A DNA stretch of 63,921 nt, counting the filler, from Reticulomyxa filosa (Eukaryota; Protista; Foraminifera), in the NCBI GenBank assembly GCA_000512085.1. It is 16 parts of 16 records of this genome, joined end to end, with 100 filler letters (N's around TTAATTAATTAA, not from the genome) between each part and the next. Parts side by side here need not be neighbours in the genome. Positions count along the whole stretch, not along the records: positions 46,903 to 52,203 come from ASPP01009317.1; positions 52,304 to 62,639 come from ASPP01024876.1; positions 62,740 to 63,921 come from ASPP01010198.1; 13 more parts are not named here. One strand, given 5' to 3'. The translations under genes were made by a program, and so were the position numbers. This document shows positions 51,227 to 63,921 of the stretch, piece by piece. The number at the start of each line of letters is the position of its first letter. The stretch's first letter is position 1. Under the pieces are notes generated by a model. That model worked only from the letters and a program-made list of their open reading frames with translations, did no database searches and was not told the DNA's origin.

Positions 51227-51340
51227 AAAAAAAAGCAAAGGAAGACAAAAGCAAAAAGAAAATGTTAATTCGGTCGGCGCCTGAAGGCGCCGCCTGATCT
51301 AACTTTTCTTTTTCGCTTTTCCCTTACTTTGCTTTTTTTT
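51227..51340. repeat. Long imperfect inverted repeat (fold-back hairpin)
   Basis: Arms of about 55 nt surround a 4-nt loop TGAA (51282-51285). The core is CGGCGCC-TGAA-GGCGCCG. Confidence 0.92.
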
Positions 51341-52630
51341 AAAATTGGAGTGCTTAGCCATTATAACGAATTGCAATATCATGACAATCGGATGGTTAGT
51401 GAACTTGAACATTTTTTTATTATTTGTATGATAATTGCCGTCATTTTTTGGTACAAGTTTGATGATTGTGATTGCATATGAAAGGAGTTCATTATGTTAT
51501 GTTTTGTGTTATTTTTTTGTTGTCGCTAACATTTTTTATCATTATTATCGTATTACCAAAAGATATTAAAATGCATTCATTGCTTTTTTTGTTGTCTATC
51601 AACTTTGAACGTGCATGTTGTAATTCGATTATCCATCTTTAATGTTGATTAGTTTTAATTTTCCTCTAAAAAAAAAGGTGGTGAATAGCCTTTTGAACAA
51701 TGAAAAAAGCAAATTCGAGAGTTGAATGAATATCTTTTTTTGTTTGTAGATGCATAGAACAAATCACAGACTATCTTATCTCTTGCATTTATTTGAAAGG
51801 TTATACATTCATTTTTTTTAGGTGGCTTTTACAGTAGCCTTTTTTTAACAAAATTTTTTTTATTACATCTCTATCAAACTGTAACGAATTTTTTTAGTCA
51901 CTATTGCGTGATACATTGATATGCTATCAGTTTTTTCCAATTCTCTTTGTATTCCTTTGCAGTTTCACACTTCGCAGTTACCAACCACTTGACCACTCTC
52001 ATCCCTTTGTAAACTTATCACAGTGCTTCCCAACAATAATTTTTACTTTTTTAGTTTATTGTGCGTTAAATACTTTAATATTAGTCAGCGTAATTCATTT
52101 TAACTTTTGGTAAGATAGTTTTTTTAGACATTAAATTTTTCAAACCTCTGAGGAAAAAGAAAACTTTTCAAATAAATGCAAGAGATAAGATAGTACAGCA
52201 TAGNNNNNNNNNNNNNNNNNNNNNNNNNNNNNNNNNNNNNNNNNNNNTTAATTAATTAANNNNNNNNNNNNNNNNNNNNNNNNNNNNNNNNNNNNNNNNN
52301 NNNTTTTTCTTCATTTATAATTCTGATATAATCATCGTTATTGATTAGGTAAAATTCGTATATAAGTTAAGTGTTTCCAAATGATTTCTATGTTTTTCGA
52401 AATTGTTATTAGTAAATTTTAATTTTTTTGAACTAGATGTTAGCGCTGCTAAAAGGCAATTGGTGGCAAATGTTGTTAAACGCAAAAAATTTTATCAAAA
52501 ATTTATTGTATTGACCATTTATTTTTTAAAAAGTAAATCGTGTGGGCGTGAACACAAAGCGTTTAAGTCAAAAAGGTTTTGTGGAATAATGAGATTGAAC
52601 CGTCTAAAAATTGACATTTCGGCAAGTAAC

Positions 52631-53843
52631 ATGCATTCACGACTCTTTCGACGCTCAATTTCATCTTACGTTCTCCTGGGCATGGCAGGAGCGATTTCTG
52701 TAGGATCACTGGTCGCGTACCGGCGGTGGAACGGCAACACAAAGTTTTTAAAAGAAAAATGGACTGCAATATGGGAGAAGTCAGAATATCCGGGATGGGA
52801 CAATGGGAAAATAACTCGTGCAGCTAGACATCATCTGGATGACTTGTTCTCGCAAGTTCCTCCTCAAAAAGCTTTGTCGAATCAAAACACGATATCTATA
52901 TTTGTACCGTTATGTGGAGCCACAACCGATCTCCGTGCAATAAGTGATCATCTCAACAAAAAAGTGCAAGAAAAAGTTGCTCCGTCAAAATCACAAAAGC
53001 AGTCCGAGTCTCCAAGAAATGACAAAGATATGGAAAATACACAATCGAGTGATACACATCAAATTAAAGTCATCGGCATAGAATTGAGCAAAACGGCATT
53101 GGAATTGTTTTTGAAAGAGAGTGTAACGGCAAGTTTAACATTGAATACGACAAATCAACTAACATTCCCATTTATCGTGCCGAAAATTTTCATTTAATTT
53201 GCTCGGATATTTTTTCAGATGCTATTCCAAGGTTGGTGTCACAAGTTATGTTTATGTTTTGTGTGCAATGTGTTTGCCTAACCATCTTGAGATTAGTGTT
53301 CCAGGAATGTGTCGAGAACATTTACATCCTAACCACGCTATTCTGGCTATAACAACAACAATAAAAAAGGTAGATGGAATTTATGACCGGGGGTCATTAG
53401 TAGCTTTGGAGCCAAGCCAACGCGCTGATTACATAAAATTTTTTCAAAAGATTTTAGCTAAAGATGGAAAAATATTGCTGTCGGTGTTGCGATACGAACC
53501 AGAAGCGCGATGGAAAAACATTGAAAATCATTTACAAATGTGGCAAAAAGAACTGGCACAAACCAAAATCTCTTCTAGAGCTGAGGAATTGACAAAATTC
53601 ATTAATCGTTTTCTTGTTTCCAAGGACGGGAATATTGAAAAAACGCCCTACAGCTTCACCAAAGAAGAAATTACCAAATTGTTTGAGCCAATCACGAAAG
53701 GGAATCCCAACAAAATCAAGTTGTTGGCCTCGGTAAAATGGTCCGAAAGTGATGATCCACATGAAAGGAATACGCCTAAACGACTTTTGATTAATGATGA
53801 CAACACATTTCTCGATATTTATCTGATCGAGAATGGAAAGTAG
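52631..53843 (+). CDS. Thiopurine S-methyltransferase (TPMT)-family SAM-dependent methyltransferase
   Basis: WTAIWEK..PGWD, IFVPLCG..DL, VIGIELSKTALELF, CSDIF, DGIYDRGSLVALEPSQRADY and TPYSFTKEEI. There is a frame change in the T run at about 53187-53191 and an intron at about 53232-53369. Confidence 0.87.
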
Positions 53844-54329
53844 CCTCTTAGCTTGTCTTCAAAAATTGTAGTGTATTATCTTAAAAATGTTCGTTTTTTG
53901 ATGCTTCCTTATTCTTGTATTTTTGTTAATATTTTGGCTCAATTGTTTTTGCAATTAGAAATTAAAAAAAATTGTTAGCAGATGAATAAAAAATTCGTGA
54001 AAAAAGAGATCATGCTTCCAAAGCTTATGGACGTCAAATACCAAAAAAAAAAACCGAAATTCAAATGCAATTTCATTTCTGAGAAAGAAGTTTGCCACAT
54101 CTGCAAATCTCCTTGAATCAAAAGAAAAAAAAGTTAGTACAAAGTAAGGGAGAAAAAAAAAAGTAATACCAAAAACAAAAAATGAATATGCTTGGAAATA
54201 ATTTTTTTAAGGAACATTTAAAATTTAACATATGTACATTTTTTTTTGTGTTTCTTCGTACCAGAATTTCCAGAACTTTTTGATTAGGAAGAATAATGGC
54301 TTCATTAGCTAATTTATTGATTTATACAA

Positions 54330-57300
54330 AATGTATATATACATATATGTTTTTTTTTACTACATGTTGCAAAGGAGACTTCAGGCTTTTCTTTTTCCGC
54401 TTGGATCATTTTCTTTGCGTTTGTGTTGAGTTTTTTCCACCATCGATTCAGACTCACTTTCTTGTGCTAATGTTTGGTATTTGCATAAGGAACAAAGATG
54501 GTCATCACAACAACAATGAGAAAGACAGTATTTGAATTATACATGCAGTACAGATACGCGTTTTGGGTTTACCTTCAACCAGCATGTTAATGGAGAGTTT
54601 AGCGTTTGTATTCTTGCGGTTGTTGGCGTCGTTGCTAGGCAGATTATCGCTTAATTCACTCATTTCACTGGATGGTCTTCGACTGCTTTGAACACTTTTG
54701 GATGACAGTCCAGGTGGGATCTCAACGATAGATCTAGTGCTACGATTGTGAGTATAAGCGCAATGTTTGGAGGATTGTGAGTAAACATCTCCACCTAAGT
54801 TTTTGCTGCTCGTGCAACTCTCTCGACGTTTGCGATGTAAGCACTCATTGCCATCGCAGCTATGTCCATTTTTATTCGTTACATCCAAACATTTCATAGC
54901 CTCTTTGTTATTGTTGTTGTTGTTATCGCGACTTGTCTCATTCGAATTAGTGCTTTTGTCACCTTTGTGATTTGGACTTGGTTCATTTTGTGGTGTTTCT
55001 TCCAGCCATCTAATTGTATCTCGAGGAGTTTTTGCTGGTAACGATTCCAAAAATGCAATAATTCTGGTATGTTCTTCCTATATTCATTTTTTTTTTTTTT
55101 TTGCGTGTTCAACCAAAAAAAAAAAGATCATTGAATTATATGAATAAAACCAAAAAGATATTGATCTCAAACTGGATCCTCTGGGCCTTCTTGGTCCTCG
55201 TCTAGAAGATCCTCAAATCCCATGGCTGCTGTCCATTGTCGATTGTCATACCATTTCAAACTTAGCCTCCGATCATCATCCGTGTCATGACATGATCTTC
55301 CATTGTAATCAATGTCGTTTCCATGGCCATAGCGACCGCGATCATGATCATGATCGCGGCCATGACCGTGGTCATGAGCATCACTGTCATCATCATCGTC
55401 GTTGTCGTCATAACGACCATTACGGCCATTGGAATAGTTGGCATGGTGTGCATGCGGCTGTTTTGTTTCATGTATGTCATGTCTTTTGATCTTCTTATTT
55501 TCCGACACGGCTGCATTGGCCTTATCATATCGATGTGAATCCATAAGGAGCCCATCATTAATTTCGTTTTGATAAGATATTGATTGCGAACGTGCCGCAG
55601 GAATCTCCGGCAATGCCTTTGCACTTTTCGCAATGCGTTGATATTGTTTAATTTCATGTTTGTCTCTTTTTTTTTTTTTAATTTTATTTGTTTACTTGTT
55701 TATTTGAAGTGTTGAAAAAGGATTTTTACAACCCCTCCCTTTGCCCTTCATGAAAAGAATTTTTTTTATAAATTAAAAAAAACTTGTTTGCCTGATATTT
55801 TTTGGAAGAGTGTTTCACTGGTGCTGTTGCAAATGGTCGGCAATGGGTTTCTGTGCAACAGCCATGGGACGAGATCAGCGGAAGGTGGATCTGCAGTGGT
55901 GCCAGTGGCTTTGTTGTCCGCGTCCACGAGTTTCCGACGTCTTCTTCGCGGACGATCACTGCTGTTGACCATCGCCATTGGCGCTTCTGTCGTGTCATCG
56001 CCACTGCCATCGCTATTACCATTGTTACTACCATTGCTACTGTGTCCATGGCTGGAGCGGACATCGCCATGCTTTGGATTGGCGCGCGACTGTAGACGAT
56101 GTGAAGCCGATTCCCCGGCCTTGCGATGCTGCGTGGTCATGACCTCGTTGAACTCTTGCGTCTCGGTTATTTTGGTGATGGCCACATTATTGTGAACGCG
56201 ATGCGTATGGTGCTGATGATTTACGTGATCGCTCTTTGTGACCGTCGTGTGCACGTGGTACATGTTCGTATTTTTCATTCGACTGCGCTTGTAATGTGAT
56301 CCTTGTGAAGAGCCATCCGAATCATACATGTTCTCTTCGATTTGGGCAAGTTTATTATTATTATTATTATTATTACTGCTATTATTGCTATTATTGTCAT
56401 TGGCCGTTCCACGGCTGTTTGTGTTTGCACCAGTATTAGTAGCAGCATTGATAGCGTGACGTTTGGAGGGTGACGAGTTGTGTTCGTGTTTGACGCTTTT
56501 CTTTGTCGTGGCGGTAGGAGGAGTGACAGTGATGGCAGTTGGGGTGACTGCAATAGCGCCATTACCACCTGCAGCAGCAGTAGTACTTGTAATAGGAATA
56601 GAAGTGATAGGAGGAGCGGCATTCGCGATTGCAGTAGTAGTCGTGGCTGTAACAGTCGTCGTTGCGCGTGTGGGCGAAGAAAGCACGTCTCCCACTCGTA
56701 ACGGCTGTAAGTGATACTCACGACACAGCTGGCGATACGTAGTGCGGTAAAACTTATAATGCGAATACACCAACGAGTATTGGTCGTGCAAATTGTCGTT
56801 GCGATGTTGCAGCTGCTGGATTTGCTGCTGATCTTTTTGTTGTCTGTCTTTCATTTTTGACACCCATTCGCCAAGATGTTGTCGACTATATTATATACAT
56901 ATACATATATGTACATATACATATATGTACATATACATATATATATACATATATATATTTATATATGTATATGCTTATATGTATATATAATGAGAAAAAA
57001 GATTGAAGGAACAAGGCCAAGTTAACTATTGGTTAATGTTGTAATTAATGATTTGCACCATGTACAACTCAAATTCCTTCTTTTCCATATCGTTCAGGTC
57101 ATTGACGAACCCCGGAATCGTTATTTGCTGCGATAACGACACCGACGCACTTGGAGATACCGAAGAGCCGCTCGCATAGTTGCGCTTGTTTCGTCTGTAC
57201 ATGTGCGACTGCTCTGATGAACATACGTTCGATCCTGGTGAACAATCTCCTGTCTTCGTTACTGTCACGTTCCTTATGTTCTTGTCTCGTTCTCGTTCTC

Positions 57301-57601
57301 GTTCTCGTTCTCTTCCTCTTTCCCTTTCTTTCTCTCTCTCTTTCTCTTTGCTCTTACTTTTGGCGTCTCGAGTACTTGATTGACGTTGGATGGTTGTCAC
57401 CCCTTGTCGCTGTGCTTCAGATGATATGCTGGTGTCCATTGTGTCGTACATCTTGTAGTTCACGTCGTTTGTGCCATATGGAGCGTTCGACGACTGCGAG
57501 TAATACGAGCGACTCTCTATATCTAGCTCCGTATTCACAAGTTTCTTGCACGTGTTGGGAGTAACCACTGGCGTATTCTTAGAAGAGCGGTAGGCAGTCA
57601 T
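54330..57601 (-). CDS. Large low-complexity protein with a short coiled coil, multi-exon
   Basis: Consecutive minus-strand ORFs (57026-57601, 55766-56863, 55167-55613, 54505-55050) separated by AT-rich introns. (RE)n, Thr/Ala-, Asn- and His/Asp-rich tracts. The 3' end is approximate. Confidence 0.65.
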
Positions 57602-57956
57602 TTCTTTTCCTTTCCTTTTTTTTGCTTTTGATTTCCTGTTTTTCTAAAAATAAGGTTTTTCTTATAGATTGAGTGTACAAAAGTCACAAAATTAGCCTAT
57701 ATTGCATGTAGTACTAATTTTTAAAAATATTTTCATTTGATAAAACCGTGCAATGCAAAAACGTCTTTTAATATCTTCAATCAAAATTAAAGTAGTTATT
57801 TTAATTTCAATTTTTTCAAGCTAAAGAAAAAGAAATAAGTTTACCAAGAAATGTTCTGCTCCTAGCGCACAGACTACACGAAGAGTCCAAGGATCTGTCG
57901 TTTGTTCTCCCCCTTCAATTCTGTCCAAAAAAAAAACACAGCTCAAAAACTATACC

Positions 57957-59319
57957 ATGGCTTCACCGAAGAAGACAACAGCAAATGACAACACAACAAG
58001 TGAAACTACCAATACAAGTGAAAATGCAACTAATAATGCAAATAAATCAGCAAGAATAAATGAGGACATTGACGTGGACAACATGATATCAAAACTGTTG
58101 GAAGTGCGAGGAAGTCGCCCAGGAAAAGAAGTCCAACTGGAAGAGAAAGATATCAACAAAATGTGCGAATTGTGCCGAAGAATTTTCTTGGAACAACCAA
58201 TTCTGATAGAATTAGAAGCACCGATCAAAATAGTAGGAGATATTCATGGACAATATTACGACTTGTTGCGATTATTTGAATACGGCAAATTTCCCCCTCA
58301 AGCTAATTATCTGTTCTTGGGAGATTATGTTGACCGAGGAAAGCAATCATTAGAGACTATTTGTTTATTGTTAGCATACAAATATAAATACCCTGAAAAT
58401 TTTTTTCTTTTGAGAGGTATGCGGGTTATACTTACATAAAAAAAAGAGTTTTTTTTAAGAGGAGAGAAGGGAGGAAAAGGAGAAGGAAAAAAACATGCGA
58501 AGTTGCGCTGATTTTTTTGGAGAAAAAAAATCTTATGATATAGGATTTTATTTCATGCTGCCCCTTTTTTTTTAATTAAAAAAAAACGCTTTTTCGGCTT
58601 TTGCTTCATGTAATTAAATAGGAAACCACGAGTGCGCATCAATTAACAGAATCTATGGTTTTTATGATGAGTGCAAGCGTCGTTATTCACCAAGAATGTG
58701 GAAAACGTTTACTGATTGTTTCAATTGTTTACCTGTGGCGGCAGTGGTTGACGAGAAGATATTCTGTATGCATGGGGGACTGTCTCCAGAATTGAAATCG
58801 ATGGAGCAAATCCGTCGAGTAATGAGACCCACAGATGTGCCAGACAGTGGCTTATTGTGTGACCTGCTTTGGAGTGACCCTGACAAAGACGTACCAGAAT
58901 GGGGTGAAAATGACAGAGGAGTTGAGAACTTTTGTGTGTCTGTGTGTACATATATATGTATTTGTTTTGTTTTATATTGCCTCGATCATTTTGCTTTGTT
59001 TTTTTAGTTTCCGTTTTACAATATGTTTCTACTCTTTTTTTTCTTGGGGGGACGAGGAAAGGTATCTTATACATTTGGTGCGCGTGTTGTCAGCAAATTT
59101 TTGAAAAAACATGACTTGGACTTGATTGCGCGAGCTCATCAAGTGGTTGAGGATGGATATGAATTTTTTGCAAAGCGACAATTAGTGACTGTATTCAGTG
59201 CACCAAATTATTGTGGAGAATTTGACAATGCTGGTGCTATGATGAGTGTGGACGAAAATCTCATGTGCTCATTTCAAATTTTAAAACCTGCTGAGAAGAA
59301 AAAGTTTGGGTTTTCTTAA
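57957..59319 (+). CDS. PP1: Serine/threonine protein phosphatase PP1 catalytic subunit, 3 exons
   Basis: [29 protein letters not shown]|[48 protein letters not shown] and [13 protein letters not shown]. Confidence 0.97.
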
Positions 59320-60255
59320 GGAGAAAAAAATATACAAAAGAGGGTTGCAGACGTGGATGTTAGTGATAAGGTGTCCTCCTCTACAAAAAAAAAAAAAAAA
59401 TATTTAGAAATGAAAAAAACCTTTTTAAATTATTTTGAAATTGTCAATAAGATTCTCTCTTCCTCCCCATCATAGGTAGAGGGAGCAATCAAATTAAAAT
59501 TAAATACAAATTCTCAGGTTGAAATAGAAGACATATTTTGACGGTTGGTTTTACCTGTTTCATTTCAAAACTTGTTTTTGTGTTATCAAAAATCCTTAAC
59601 CTTTAATTTATAGCTGGTTTTTTTGTAAATCTTTGCCTTTGAAACAATGCCTTATTGTTTTCTTGCAAATTTTACTTAAATTATAGGCAAATTGAAATGT
59701 ACAATTAATAACGTTACTAGCTGCTGTTACAAAAGGAAAATTTTGAAAAAATAGAAACTTATTGTATTAAAAAATATTAAACTATAAACAAATCTAAGAT
59801 TATAGTTATTACTCTATCACTATAGGTACTAATTATCTGATGAATAGAAAAAGGGACTCAAAGCTCTTAAAAACGTACAACTTTAAAGTTAAATTAAGCT
59901 CTGCAGTGCTAAGAGCAGTTCACTAAATTTTCTGAGTAAAATTGTTTTGAACAAACAGCCCAGTAAAACAAAAAACTGTAAAAAAAACCAAAAAAGATCC
60001 AAAAACAATTGACAAGCAATTAAACCAATAAACAGTCTCTGATAAATTAATTTTTTGATTTCATAGAAAGCTTTTTGTTAATTTGCAACAAAAACATCGA
60101 TTTTTACTTGCTAATATATTAGCAAAAAAGAATTTTGCAAGTGAGACCATTGCAAATAAAAACAGATTGTGAGTAAAGAGTTTACTTGAGAAAAAGTAAA
60201 AGTCTCGTCGTGCCAGCCTTTTTTGTTTGTTTGATAATTTTCCACCAAAAAGCCA

Positions 60256-62639
<2,384 letters not shown>

Positions 62640-62739
62640 NNNNNNNNNNNNNNNNNNNNNNNNNNNNNNNNNNNNNNNNNNNNTTAATTAATTAANNNNN
62701 NNNNNNNNNNNNNNNNNNNNNNNNNNNNNNNNNNNNNNN

Positions 62740-62773
<34 letters not shown>

Positions 62774-62787
62774 GTACATATGCATAT

Positions 62788-63370
62788 ATGTATTTATGTA
62801 TATATGTATATAATATGGTTGACACAAATAGGCCTTATTTAAATAAACTCTACGAATTAAAAGTGAATTTAAACGAAAAAATAACCAGTGGTTTGTGGAA
62901 TGTTGTGAATGAATCAGAGTTATATAAAAGTTGTGAGGAAGTGTTGAAATGCATATTAGAGACGATTCGGATATTGCCGCAGCCATTGCGACAAGTATTG
63001 ATATGTATGAAAGATGGGGCGAATCAATCCCCAGCCATGTTATTGGAATGGCTTTTGTCGGTCATCTTTAGTCCATTGTTGTTGAATCCAGATGACTGGC
63101 TGCTTGTGATTCCCAATCCCCCGCTGTCCCATGAAATGGCCAATGACAATATCCAAGCCATTGTCGGTCAATTGATGCATATCGTCGTTGCCTTGCAATC
63201 TACATCACATAGCAATAACACCAGCTCCAATGACATCACCGACGAAAAGCAATTCAATTTCGCCATCAATCTAAATCAAAAGACCACTGTCGTTTGGTGT
63301 ATATGCATATACAATAAGCAATAATAGACGAATTGACAATTAGAGTAATGTGTGTATTGGTATATATATG

Positions 63371-63404
<34 letters not shown>

Positions 63405-63860
63405 CGTGTAAATGCATTTGTACACAAAAGAGTGGGCTGCTGTTGCATTGGTATGGCAATGAACTGATAGCATTGCTGCAGTCATTGTTGAATGCAAATG
63501 AACCTGTATTGACTCCGTCGAAACTGGTCGTGGCGACAATTAGCACGCCGGACTTGTTTCAATGGCATCGCGTGATATTGAAAATGGGCGACAACGAAGC
63601 GGTTCAAAAAGAGCTGAGACACATTGTGCGCTCTTGTCCGCCCGTGAGTAAGCCCTTCCGTCCTTGGATCAGCATTTCTTTGCCACTGCTGAGTGCGAGC
63701 TCTGTCATCTTGGATGCCAAGGTCGAAGACCTGACTCAGCAGCCCAAAACGCAACTGTTAGAAGAAGACATTGCTAAACCGATTCGGATATTGCTCTTGT
63801 CCTTCAATGAAGCACAAGCCAAAGCATTACCTATTTCACTCTTCACTGATCTGCATGCTG
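62788..63860 (+). CDS. RasGAP-like domain protein, internal exons
   Basis: CEEVLKCILETIRILPQPLRQVL...EWLLSVIFSPLLLNPDDW...NDNIQAIVGQLMHI follows the helical pattern of the RasGAP C-terminal half. A further coding-like exon lies at about 63470-63860. Confidence 0.6.
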
Positions 63861-63875
63861 TTCCTCCCATGTTCG

Positions 63876-63921
<46 letters not shown>

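Noticed and set aside
3790-53200. Widespread programmed frameshifting (breaks at about 3805, 18770, 30260, 39385 and 53190)
   Set aside because: Most breaks sit in homopolymer runs and one is in the unrelated bacterial contig, so sequencing indel error is the simpler explanation.

Overview
The window is not one locus. It is 16 draft contigs joined by 15 identical 100-nt artificial spacers (N44-TTAATTAATTAA-N44), so neighbourhood across spacers carries no information. Fifteen contigs come from an AT-rich, intron-rich eukaryote with GT-AG introns full of poly-A/T and (TA)n. The stereotyped WD40 family and the abundant pseudogenes resemble the foraminiferan Reticulomyxa filosa (inference, not verified). 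One contig (18245-19734) is GC-rich bacterial DNA carrying rbsA-rbsC. Recognisable genes: a tandem-DEP protein, Cys-type glutathione peroxidase, ARM-repeat protein, importin-alpha, DUS4-like tRNA dihydrouridine synthase, cullin-4, TIS11-like CCCH protein, SAM protein, FKBP, three WD40 paralogues, TPMT-like methyltransferase, PP1 catalytic subunit, malic enzyme and a RasGAP-like protein. The most unusual items are: (1) a spliced gene that appears to join a Cys-rich ectodomain, mucin stalk and extra TM helices to an XK/Xkr-family domain; (2) a protein built from at least four tandem HECTD1-type discoidin/SUN-like domains; (3) a WD40 family with an N-terminal helical box and two conserved WDxR motifs; (4) a 114-nt fold-back hairpin; (5) a possible -1 slippery site in the GPx gene; (6) Ras, ankyrin, WD40 and membrane-protein pseudogene relics, most of them missed by the ORF track. 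All exon models were assembled by eye and need RNA confirmation.
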